A DNA stretch of 64,000 bases from Octopus vulgaris (Eukaryota), in the NCBI GenBank assembly GCA_951406725.2, contig OX597816.1:57164001-57228000 (forward strand), read 5' to 3'. Of the stretch, positions 38,590 through 50,154 are shown one piece after another; the first letter of the stretch is position 1, and every line of letters starts with the position of its first letter. The translations under genes and the position numbers were made by a program. The notes beneath the pieces are model-generated. The model did not search any database and was not told the origin of the DNA. It saw nothing but the letters and a program-made list of their open reading frames with translations.

Positions 38590-39215
38590 TATACATACAA
38601 ATCGTCAGTAAACCATAAATCCGAAAGAGAAGCACACTCTAAATTAAAGAGCAGTAGAGTAATTAAATAAAGATGGCTATGGCCGGTCTATGGATTTACC
38701 CAGGGGTTTGCGTCCATAAAGCGCTTACTTTTACAACGACTCGATGGACAATAACCTCTTCAAAATGGAGGCAGAAAAGACCTTCAATAAAGCTACTTAT
38801 TGAACATACAGACAAAGAAGAGTTAAGTGCAAGGGGTTGTCTCTCTTAGACCCATATTCGTAGTCGATGTGGTTGGCTTGTGAATTCCAGGAATTCAGTA
38901 GGAATCTCCTGGCGTGTAAGCAGAGTCCGAAACTTCCGTCCTGAAATTTAAGATGTTCTCCGAGTCGATAGTGTTCTTTAATGTTCTCACCCGCTCGGCT
39001 ATGCACAGCTTGCAACACTTGCTCCCGTTGATGTAGAGGCCTGATTTTTCTAGGATCTTCCATGAAATTACGCATGGAGTCTCTTCATCCTTCAGATGCC
39101 ACATGTGGCTGGTCAACGACGTGGCGTATCGTCTTTCTATAGCATCCTGAACGAGGACCTGTGGTTAGAGAGGCGCTGCTTGAAGGTGTTTCCCGAACAA
39201 CCAATGTATCTTTGA
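38590..39215 (-). mobile_element. Penelope-like element 3' end: GIY-YIG endonuclease C-terminal half plus UTR
   Basis: RYIGCSGNTFKQRLSNHRSSFR (YIG at 39200-39208), frameshift, ATSLTSHMWHLKDEETPCVISWKILEKSGLYINGSKCCKLCIAERVRTL...ILNFRTE, frameshift, CLHARRFLL. Confidence 0.82.
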
Positions 39216-39626
39216 ATATTGCTGCTAGCGATGCTGCTTCTATTGATATTGATGACGCTGCTACTTCCGCTATTGTTGCTACTGATGGTGTTGGTACTGG
39301 TGCTAGAGTCGTTACTGCTGGCATAGGAGGTTCATCATCGGTGACGATGTTGGTACAGGCGCTGTTGGTGCTGCTATAACTGTCGTCGTTGCTGTTGGAG
39401 CTATTATCAGTGCTATATTGCTGGTCGACGTGTATGTGTGTATATATGTATGCATTCATGTATTCCCATCCCAAATAGAGACGAGTATCAATATTTTGAT
39501 GTGGCAAGCCTAGACGATACCATTGGTTGCCTTGTTAACCTATAATTAAAGAATATTTATCCACCAATGCAGTGTTGAACAGTCATCCTCACTGCTCGAT
39601 ATTAGCATATATATATATATATATTA

Positions 39627-39669
<43 letters not shown>

Positions 39670-39672
<3 letters not shown>

Positions 39673-39899
39673 GCGGCGAGCTGGCAGAAACGTTAGCACG
39701 CCGGGCGAAATGCGTTGCCGTATTTCGTCTGCCGTTACGTTCCGAGTTCAAATTCCGCCGAGGTCGACTTTGCCTTTCATCCTTCCGGGGTCGATAAATT
39801 AAGTACCAGTTACGCACTGGGGTCGAAGTAATTGACTTAATCCGTTTGTCTGTCCTTGTTTGTCTCCTCTGTGTTTAGCCCCTTGTGGGTAGTAAAGAA

Positions 39900-39902
<3 letters not shown>
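39670..39902 (+). mobile_element. SINE family A, near-consensus full copy
   Basis: ggcggcgagctggcagaaacgttagcacg...tttagccccttgtgggtagtaaagaaat, within (TA)n. Confidence 0.93.
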
Positions 39903-39965
<63 letters not shown>

Positions 39966-41144
39966 CGTGTGATGTGTATATATTCTATATATGTATAGAA
40001 GGAGAGGGTATGTGTTTGAATATATAATTAAAAGTGGTTTTGTGGCAAGAATAAATTAAATTTGGTCAAAATTAACAGGAAATTATATGAATACAACGGA
40101 AGAAATGATCAAGTTAAATCAATTCAAATTCGTCAACAAATTGTTTCCTTTCTATCAATCTCTGCATAAAATGTCTATAATTAAATAATTAAATAATCGG
40201 CTTAATTATACAATTGTTGAAGTTGAAGACCAGAGCTAAGTTTTGAATAGATTCCGGGAAATGTTGAGTGAAAGAAGACGTTACATGTGGAAATAATTAT
40301 GAGCAAACAGATGTCTGATTAAATAATGTTGTTTCACTGTTATTTTATTTGTGTTGGAAGAGTGTATGGAATGGTTGTAGAGGAGAAGGAAGAGAGGGGT
40401 TGTTGAAGAAAACGGCGAAGACCACACAACAAGAGTGGTCAGTAAAATGGCGGCGTTGCAATTAACAACAATGGTGTGTAATAACAGCAGATGGTGGGGA
40501 GGAATATAGACACCACCACAACATTGGTAGTAACAGAAGTTTAGAGGAGGGGGGAGTGGGGGAAGAATGTGCGGAGAGGAGGAGGACATAGAAGAGGAAG
40601 AAGAAAAAGAATATGAGGGTAAGAAGCAGGATGACGACGAGAAGAAGAAGAAAAAGAAGAAGAACGGTAGTCTGTTACACATTAAAGGAGATGAGATTAA
40701 ATTTTCGCCGTTTAAAGAAACAAACACACACCCTCGACTTAAACAAGCAACTTTATTTTTCACTAGTTCTGGGGCCCACAAAATAAATAATGGTTAATTT
40801 AAGCAAGTCGATCCAGCTAACAAGAAGTGGAGTCTATGTCAAATGAAAAGGAAATTGTTATTTATAAAGAGACATAAGCGGTTGTAAGACATGAAGGCGG
40901 ACATCTTTATAAGATATGCGTCTACCAAATAGAAGCCGTAAGCGGGCAGGATGTGAAGAAATGGCGCTAAGATGACCAAATAATGTTTGCTTTTAGAAAG
41001 TAAAGAAATTGTCGTAATTTCCGGGTGTGTGGAACGAGGGAAATGTTTAGATACAGAAATTTGGTTGATTGACCGAACGATCAATCAAGCACTCGATTAC
41101 CTTATTGATTAAATAGTTAACTAGATGACTAGTAGTAGTAGTGG

Positions 41145-41700
41145 TCCTTTCTGTTATAGGCACAAGGGCCTGAAATTTTAGGGCAACTGGGAGAGTCTGA
41201 ATTTCTAGGAGAAGCGGAGGTGGTCGATTACATCGATCCAGTGATCGACTAATGTTATAGGGTTTCGAAAAGATGAAAGGCAAAGCCGACCTCGACAGAA
41301 TTTGAACTCAGAACGTAATGAGCCGGAAGAGATGCCGCTAAGCATTTAATCCGGCGTGCTAACGATTCTGCCAGCTCGGTGCCTTAATAATAATGATAAT
41401 TTATCTCTTTATTGCCTACAGGGGTCTAAACATAGCGGGGACAGTCAAGGACAGACAATGGGATTAAATCGATTACATCGACCCCAGTGTGTAACTGGTA
41501 CTTATTTAATCGACTCTGAAAGGATGAAAGGCAAAGTCGACCTCGGCAGAATTTGAACTCAGAACGTAGCGGCAGACGAAATATCGCTAAACATTTCGCG
41601 CGGGTTGCTACCGATTCTGCCAGCTAATTTTTTCTACTCTAGGCACAGGGCCCGAAATTTTGGGGGAGGGGGCCAGTCGATTAGATCGACTCCAGTACGC
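41145..41700 (-). mobile_element. Three tandem SINE family A copies or fragments
   Basis: Repeated gatgaaaggcaaag(t/c)cgacctcg...atttgaactcagaacgta, plus a tail-B fragment at 41628-41700. Confidence 0.85.
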
Positions 41701-41735
<35 letters not shown>

Positions 41736-41933
41736 CAAAAGAAGTGAATTAGAACTAGACGTGTGTTATTATTGGTGTAATGATCTTCCCAGCTCACAAT
41801 AAAATAAAACACGACAATAAAACACGACTTTACATCAAGAACCTTGCAAAAATAAAACCTAAAAAACGCGAAATATAATACAGAGCCTATAGAATACGTG
41901 TTAAACACGAACGAAGAACATCATATATATATA

Positions 41934-41969
<36 letters not shown>

Positions 41970-42035
41970 ACATATATATATATACACATACATACACATA
42001 TATATACATAGATACACACACACACATATATACAC

Positions 42036-42089
<54 letters not shown>

Positions 42090-43227
42090 GTATATATATA
42101 TCTATATATACATACTTGGAATTGTGCTGCAGCCAAAACAAAGAGGATTTAATGTTGTATGTGTGAAGTGAGAGACACTTCCTGAACCCTCAACACCATT
42201 ATAAGATCACAACCATCGCAATAGCCACCACCACCACCACCATCATCATCATAACAGCCACCACCGCCACCGCCATCGGTTAACACGACTACGATCGTTG
42301 CTATCTCAGCAATCATCAAGTCCCGATGAACAACATAAATAGTTGTAGCAAAAGCTGACACTAATATCATCAACATCATCGATTACTATCATCACCAATA
42401 TCACCGCCATTAACAACACTAACGACCCCTGTAGGCGACCACCAACACTAGGAACAGCATTGCTATTACCGACATTGTCGCCATCTCATCATCTTCACTA
42501 TAAACATGACTGATATTATCAACGCCGCCGCACTCATGAGGAACGTCATTCGTCCGAACTCAGATATTTTAAAGGTTTGTTTGTTGACAGCAAACACTAA
42601 TTATGTTTCTGTTAGCTTGATTAGACCAGATGTTATAGAAGAGCTGTGCTGACAGGAAAGATGGGGCTCCCAACATTGACTGACAATGCCTTTGAAATGG
42701 GGGAGAACAGAAAATAAAATATAATAAATAACTAAATGCATAAAAGCTAGAACAGCATAAGATCAACAGAGAAAGTATGTAAGAACAGTTGTCCAAAGTT
42801 TGACAACCGACATCTGTGGTCAAAATGAGAGGAATTTGGCTTCATATAAGAACAGAGAAATAGACGTAACATTTGTATAAATATTTGTTTTGATTAGGGC
42901 GGTGACGGGGAGCTGAACACAGATGGATAGATGGAGACGGTTGACTAGAATTTTGAAGATACGGCAGAGCTATCCTTGTCAGTCTCTTGCATTTCTGAGT
43001 TCGAATGCTGCTGTGGATAAATTTCTCTTCGGCGTTTCGTTGATGATAAAAAATATTTACCAGTTATGGACAGGAGGCTTTTTTGTCAATTAACTTCACT
43101 CTTACTCTTTCAGAAAAATAGATTTATAACTAAATCAATATTTATTTAAAACATTATTGACTTTATTATTATTATTATAGTTATTATTATTATTATTGTT
43201 ATTGTTATTGTTATTGTTGTTATTGTT

Positions 43228-43610
43228 GTTTTACTTGTCAGAGCGTTCGGTCTTGTTTGCTCTGGTAGATTCTGTGCGAGCGGCCAGCAGCCTGCTGTCA
43301 GAGGTCTCACAGGATCTCTTTCTTCACATTATAAGCTTTGATACTTGGTTGTTTATTACCGTGAAAGACATTCAACATTCAAGTACCAATCTCAAAACCC
43401 TAGCCGTCCCCAGCAGAACAGTTTTGGGGGCTTGCTCTGCTTTTATGTCAATTCCGATTTCTCTGACATATTGCTTGAACTTGGTCGTTAGTGCTCCGAG
43501 TACCCCTGCAACCACTAGAATGACAGACACTCTCCTCATAGTCCACATTCTTGCAATTTCGTCTTTTAGTAGTTTAGTAGTCTGTACTTTTCAATCTTTT
43601 CTGGTTCTTG
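43228..43610 (-). mobile_element. R4/Dong-type RLE 3' fragment
   Basis: LLKDEIARMWTMRRVSVILVVAGVLGAL...YVREIGI...KTVLLGTARVL. The tail abuts (TTA/TTG)n. Confidence 0.75.
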
Positions 43611-43689
43611 TCACTTATTATTATCATCATTATTATTATTCATATACGCACAAAAGATTAGACGGCTTGAAAAGAAAAATTTCCAACGT

Positions 43690-44107
43690 CGGGCTTAAGT
43701 AACCTTAGATGCCAAGAACCTTCCTGAGTATCCTACCTGTCTCTAACAATTCTCTATTTTGGAGCTGCACTAAACTGGGTTTTATGCCTATTTCCTCTAT
43801 CCATCTGTTCAAATCTTTAGGGATAGTTCCCAATACACCTATAACAAACTGCGATACATTTTACCCACCCTTTCCATAGTCTCTGTACTTCAGTGTTTAG
43901 GTCCTGGTACTTTGCTATTTTTTCTATACACCTCATATTGATCTTTTCATCATTTGTAACTGTAAAGTCTAATTATCTGGCACTTTCTATTCTCTTTATT
44001 TACTACTACCAAATCAGGCCTTCTAGCTTTTATTAACCAGTAAGTCTGAATGTTAAAGTCCCACATCTTGTATTTCTTACTTTCAAGTACTATACTAGGT
44101 TCATATT
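43690..44107 (-). mobile_element. R4/Dong-type RLE 3' fragment (different family)
   Basis: MWDFNIQTYWLIKARRPDLVVVNKENRKCQII...KIAKYQDL...EVQRLWK...IGVLGTIPK...GRILRKVL. Confidence 0.82.
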
Positions 44108-44174
44108 CATACCTACCCGTCTGGTAAGGGTACACCAGGCACATGCATCACAACCATATGTGTGCGACGATCAC

Positions 44175-44320
44175 AATGTCTGGTCGATTGGGGTCAATTT
44201 ATCTGTCTGTTTGTAATGGGAAGTTCCAAAGGATGGTGACACCCTCCTCATTTACTACACCCTCTAGACGGTGCCTGTACCACTTGTCATGGGATTTAAT
44301 TTTGTAGTATTTACAAGCAT
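44175..44320 (-). mobile_element. R4/Dong-type fragment upstream of the RLE motif
   Basis: CKYYKIKSHDKWYRH...VTILWNFPLQTDR...PNRPDIV. Confidence 0.7.
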
Positions 44321-44354
44321 TATTAATATTATCATCGTCATCATTATTATTATT

Positions 44355-44570
44355 AAGGCGGCGAGCTGGCAGAGTCGTTAGCACGCCAGACAAAATGCTT
44401 AGCGGTATTTTGTCCGTTTTCACGATCAAAATTCAAATTCCGCTGAGGCTGACTTTGCCTTTTATCCTTTCAGGGTCGATGAAATAAGTACCAGGGAAAC
44501 ACTGGGGTCGATGTAACCGACTAGTCCCCACCCCCAAATTTCAGGCCTTGTGCCAATTGTAGAAAGGATT
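44355..44570 (+). mobile_element. SINE family A (tail B)
   Basis: Consensus match flanked by (TTA)n. Confidence 0.88.
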
Positions 44571-44580
44571 ATTATTATTA

Positions 44581-44631
<51 letters not shown>

Positions 44632-44634
44632 CAT

Positions 44635-45095
44635 CTTTGACTTTTGCTTTGTATTTGTACAAGTTGGCTCCAAGCCTCACTCAGAGACCTCAAGAGACAA
44701 CAAGTTAGAAGTTCATGTTGGTGTTATGCCTAGGGTGCCATATATTTGGTTTTGTACATAGTGTTATTCTAGAGAATGTTTAAGAAACCATAAGGAAATT
44801 ATAAGTTTGTTTTAAAATTTGAGATTACATAGAAAGTATTTTACGTAGGATATGAGAAGTTCCCATGAGCACTATCTTTTGAATTTCTGCAATTTCGGGG
44901 TTTCCTGGTATCTGAGTTAGGTAGCAATCAGCACCTTTTGCTATCATTCCAAGGACACCTATGACAACAGGTATTGTTTTAGTCTTCAGGTTCCACATTT
45001 TGCTAATTTCTATTTCAAGATCTTTATACTTACTCAGTTTTTGGTAGGTCTTGACAGATACGTTTATATCTATTGGGACAGTCATATCAATGATG
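44635..45095 (-). mobile_element. R4/Dong-type RLE 3' end with complete UTR
   Basis: ORF 44825-45130: IIDMTVPIDINVSVKTYQKLSKYKDLEIEISKMWNLKTKTIPVVIGVLG...QKIVLMGTSHILRKIL. The tail runs into (TAA)n. Confidence 0.88.
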
Positions 45096-45099
45096 AGGC

Positions 45100-45415
45100 G
45101 TCGCAAGAATGACCAGTATGAACGGACCAATTCTGAGGATACACCTGTGAAAATTAAAAGGAAATATAAAAGGAGAAAGGGGCTTTCTACTCCCCTTTTG
45201 ACCAGGCTCCCGTGGCTTTTATGGGTTTTTCCACGAGTAACCTTTCGAAGCCCCTCCCCCTATTGGGAGTTTTAATTGTTACTTACATTTCGTTGTTATC
45301 CTGCTCTCGTACACGGACTTTTTCAAATGGACAAAACCCTTTGTAACTTTCAGCCTGTTTTGTCCCTTTATGTTTTAATTGATTTTTGTTAGCCCTTGTG
45401 GCCAATAAACGAACG
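45100..45415 (+). mobile_element. Tx1/L1-clade LINE 3' end
   Basis: Homologous to 347-630 (ggaccaattctgag...cacctgt, ctattgggagttttaattg, agcccttgtggccaataaa). Confidence 0.7.
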
Positions 45416-45428
45416 AATTATTATTATG

Positions 45429-45485
<57 letters not shown>

Positions 45486-45519
45486 GTTGTTGTTATCATC
45501 ATTATCATTATAATAATAA

Positions 45520-45725
45520 GTAGGCGAACTGGCAGAATTATTAGAACGTCGGAAAAAGTGCTTAGCAGAATTTCTTCCGGCTCTTAACGTTAAGTTCAAA
45601 TTCCGCCGATGTTGACTCTGCCTTTCATCCTTTCGGGGGTCGATAAAATAATCACCGGCCGAGAACTGAGGTCGATGTAACCGACTCTCCCCCTCCCGAA
45701 AATTTCAGGCCTTGGGCCTAGAATA
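45520..45725 (+). mobile_element. SINE family A, diverged
   Basis: ggcgaactggcagaa...gttcaaattccgccga...gcctttcatcctttcg. Confidence 0.8.
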
Positions 45726-46439
45726 AAATTAATTATGGTTATTGGTGTTATTGTTTAAGGGGGTAGCGTTATTGTCGTCATCGTTGCTTTTAACACAGTC
45801 GCATTTATTGCAAACCCTTATCCTTCTTCAGGGAACTTAATATCGAAACTAAGAAGAAGGTAAATACAGATGTATTTAGGGGATATAGTTTTACCCATTA
45901 GACACGGTTTCGTATTTCACCATATAAGATTCCTTTGCAGGTTTTATCTGTATCTATTCGTAACTGCATATCTCTTTTATCTGTATATATTTATACAGAT
46001 ATACAAGGAGCTTCGTCCTGGGGTTTCATTACATGTTTTCACAGAACATTTAGCTTTCTCTTAATCCCTGTATTGGTGGGGCAATATTAGATAAAACTTG
46101 TATAAATATCAAGTCAACGATCATCGCATATCGTCAACGTGGGAAGTTATTTAATAACAATGATAAAGTTTGAACACACATCAAGCCAGTTATGCATAGG
46201 AGATGCTGGGAATGTTTTCGATCAAGCAATTATCCGATTGTGATTCTACTATATCTAGACAACATTGTGTATGAGTATAAATTAAGGTGGAAAGAAAATC
46301 CTGTCACGTTTTTGATCTGTTCCCTTTGAGGCGACTTTTGCAATAGTTACAACTTAATTTTCATATTCCCATGGGATTTTTCTTTTTTCAGATTACTTTA
46401 TACTAAAGTGGTTAAATTCAGATTGATTTTACCGTTTTA

Positions 46440-46685
46440 AAACGAATATAGATCAAAGCTATATCAGACACTGCACACTGTATGAGTTAAAAAATAGTCT
46501 CTTCAGCAACGGAAACGGCTAGACATATTCGTTCTGTTTCTAAAAAAGAAGCTTTAAGTGTCGAGATATGCTAAAGATGGCTAGTTTCGCTCGGGAAATG
46601 TTTTTCTCGCAGATAACCCAAAATCTGGACCACCAAGTTTTGTTAATAAGAAATCTCTGAAAATTGTAGTTGAGGATATTAAGGG
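46440..46685 (+). mobile_element. Mariner transposase N-terminal remnant
   Basis: YIRHCTLYEL...SATETARHIRSV...ALSVEIC*RW...FRSGNVFLADNPKSGPP, resembling the HTH and xRSGRP linker. Confidence 0.7.
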
Positions 46686-47775
46686 GTGCAAACACTCTTT
46701 TGTATTCTTAAGTAGATAGAAAAATAAATGGAAATTCTTTAACAGATCTGTTTCGAAGTTGATTGTCTCTTCTGAGACTAGGAACACTTACTCTTTGGTT
46801 ATCCAGAGAACTATTATTAATCTAACATTAATAAATTTCCTGGTTTGTATATAAAGCGATAATCGGTCTCACAGTTAATTAAATAGTAGATATTCACACA
46901 GAACACAACATAATTCATAATATAAAAGCAGAGATGGGTTAATATGAAACTTATGACCGTATATACACGATCCGGTTGAGGTTTATTCGAGGAGTGGTCC
47001 CAGAACCTAACGTTTCCTCGAAGCAGCTACACTACTGCCCGCTTTCAGTGTGGTGGAATAGGATAGTTTGATGGTGTTCGTGTATAAAATGCTGTGGTCC
47101 CTATGCTTAAAGGTAATTCTTTTTCGAATATCCAGAAAAAGATTCTGGAGCATTGGTTTCGACACAAAAAGGGTAGGTTGCACCAAATTAAATGTCTCCT
47201 CTTCTTCTGCTTGCCATAGGAGTGGGTTACTTGCCTCATTTAGGTGTGTGTATGTGTGTGTCTTTGTGTTTTTACCCCCCGCTACACTACCGGTGTTGGT
47301 TTTCTGACCCGTAACTTAGTGGTTCAGCAAAAGTGCTAGATAGAATAAGTACCAGATTTAAAAAATAACTACAAGGTTCGTCGAACTCAATTAAATCCTT
47401 CAAAGCAGTGCCCCAGCATGACCAGAGTCATGTAACTGGGAGGGATCTAAAATCTCAAAAGAGCGTCCGAGTTTTACTTGAGTTATAGAGTTAATTCAAT
47501 GTTCTTTTCAACTAAGGCTTACAAATAACTGTAGGTTTATCTACGTTATGAAGGTTTCCTAACTTACGCTGTATATAAATACATGCTATATAGTCACAAG
47601 TTATATATAGTCAAAGGTGGATACCTGCATACATACATGCATGAGAATATTCAAAAATACCCTGTTGTTGATGTTGAAATTCCAATGAAGGAGCTTTGGA
47701 TCTAGGTTAGAAATCGGCTCTTTCTCTATTGACAAGATATTTTGAAATAAAACTGAACAATGACACATACATACA

Positions 47776-47807
<32 letters not shown>

Positions 47808-48211
47808 CGTGTGTGTATGTGTGTATGCGCGCGCGCGTGTGTGTATATCGCCATAACTTATACGTCTTAAATTAATTTATATACAGTCAAAATTTGTGTT
47901 CATTTGTAAGATACGTAAAGCGAAAACACATTGTTATCAGCGTTGTTTTGTAATAAGTTTTATATAGCAAAAATATATGTGTATTCGACCACCCCTGATG
48001 GGATTTGAACTCAGAACGCAAAGAGCTGGAACAAACATAACAAGTTATCTAATCCGATGTTCCAACGTTACTGCCAAAGCAGGTGCATTAAATACCGCCT
48101 GAGAATGGTAAAAAGCAAAGATGACTTCGGCGAGATTTGAACCCAGACAGTAAACTACCGGAAAAATACCACAATGCTTTTCGACGGATGCTCTAACGAC
48201 TTTGCCAATTC

Positions 48212-48254
<43 letters not shown>

Positions 48255-48996
48255 AAACACGCATATCTTCGTAAACCTTAATTTATAAGGTAAACTAAAG
48301 CTATTTAATATTACAATAAGCAACCTCATGACAATACAAGATTTTGCTTTGTGCCCTAAATATCTCTCTGAAATCATTGACCCATATAAATACTACACAC
48401 ACACACTTGTGTGTGTATGTGTGTGTTGTTATTTTACATGAACCTTTCCCATCGACGCCTCACTAGTCAAGACCCAAATCTGGGTTTGCTCTCACATATA
48501 ATGCAGTATATTGTAGTCCACAACTTAACTGTTTGACCTTAACCATATTAGTCCCTCAAATCTCCATCATAATAGGATACACGGTAATTTATTAGCCCTT
48601 TCTGCTGCCATATTTATTCCTTCCTCAATTCCTTTCCTACTCCTCCGCCTCATCTTTATTCTCCTTCTACTTTTCTTTCATCTTGTAACTCTTCTTAACT
48701 TTACAGGGACTCCAACAATGTCGGCCTATTTTGTTTGAGGAGGGCGAACAATGACTGCTATGGTCACAGTTGCTGCTTCTGCTGCTCCAACTAAATATTT
48801 CTTTTTTATAAAGGCCTTGATCGTGTCCTTTCGATTAGTGACATCCTTTTCAATAAATAAAAGTTTCAGGGGTCAAAATGATCGGGTCACATGATTGATA
48901 TTGTCGTTAAATAACTTCTTCAGTGGATCCTCGCTGCCTCATGTGTTTCTTTATCCCATCTCTCCCCACATTTACTTAATTATCTCTTTGTCTCAA

Positions 48997-49071
<75 letters not shown>

Positions 49072-49177
49072 ACATCCATTTATCTATTTTTCTATCTATC
49101 TTTCCATCCATTTATCTATCTATCACTCTATTTATGTCTGTCTGTAAATCTAGCTATCCATCTTTTTATTTATTTAA

Positions 49178-49650
49178 CGGAGCTGCAGTCCTGGGTAAAA
49201 CAGAGACCGAAGGGAGCACTTGGAAAGTGGAATGTCTTCAAGCACTTGCATCCCTCAGCCAATCGGACAATGCGATACGTGGAACGATCACTTTAGTTAT
49301 TTTATAGAGGGTTAATGGAAGAAAAGTGCGACGACGTTCTTGGGGAGAACTTGGGCGTCGAAGATCATCAGCTAGCCACCCTTTTCCAGAGAAATTTTGA
49401 CCCGGGACTGATGGATAATTTCCAAAAATCTCTGGCCTGGCAGTGCTACCGGGGAAGGAGCTTTACAGCCGAACATTCCGAGATGCGCACAGGACGATGA
49501 GACGGTCCTGCACGCACTCGTCCAGTGCCCGAGCATTGCTGACCAGTTGGCTTATGTCGAACACCTGCTGTCGCGTGTGGAACGGATCCTGCTGTCAACT
49601 GAATCCATCGTGAAGATCGCCTCCACCGCCTTCCTTTAACCAGGAAAGGC
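49178..49650 (+). mobile_element. Tx1/L1-clade ORF2 C-terminal zinc-binding region remnant
   Basis: MDNFQKSLAWQCYRG...RCAQDDETVLHALVQCP, the C...ETxxHxLxxC motif. Confidence 0.7.
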
Positions 49651-49656
49651 TGTGTT

Positions 49657-49745
<89 letters not shown>

Positions 49746-49882
49746 GTACTGAACCGTGATAGAAAATTCAGCAAGAAAAAAAAGAACTCCATCTAGTGAC
49801 ACAAATATTATTTAAAGATCACAATACATGTATTAAAGCGCTGCTAATAGTTTCATATATGTGTGGTTGTGTAGATATAGAC

Positions 49883-49983
49883 ACAGGCGTGGCTGTGTGG
49901 TAAGAAGCTTGCTTCCCAACCACATGGTCCTGGGTTCAGTCCCACTGCGTGGTACTTTAGGCTAGTATCTTCTACTATAGCCT
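49883..49983 (+). mobile_element. SINE family B, tRNA head only
   Basis: caggcgtggctgtgtggtaagaagcttgcttcccaaccacatggtcctgggttcagtcccactgcgtgg. Confidence 0.85.
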
Positions 49984-50006
49984 AAATATATATACTTATA
50001 TATATA

Positions 50007-50054
<48 letters not shown>

Positions 50055-50100
50055 CGTGACGTATATTTGCCATTATATATATAGTATACTTATATATATA

Positions 50101-50154
<54 letters not shown>

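Noticed and set aside
38895-39116. Selenocysteine recoding as reported for some PLEs
   Set aside because: The visible cysteine positions are ordinary Cys codons, and I could not identify an in-frame TGA or a SECIS.
40281-40797. Acidic/basic low-complexity ORFs suggesting an exon
   Set aside because: Explained by (GAA/GAG)n repeats, with no convincing splice or domain evidence.
47675-47765. Hammerhead-like look (aTGAAGGA...GAAAtcggctc)
   Set aside because: It lacks the CTGANGA core and a defensible stem I. It may be a pLTR-like repeat, but that cannot be supported here.
49800-49860. Half-motifs: GAAActattagc here (minus strand), CTGAAGAgc near 37675 (minus) and CTGAAGAagg near 45825 (minus)
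   Set aside because: Only one half of the core is present in each case, so they cannot be distinguished from chance.
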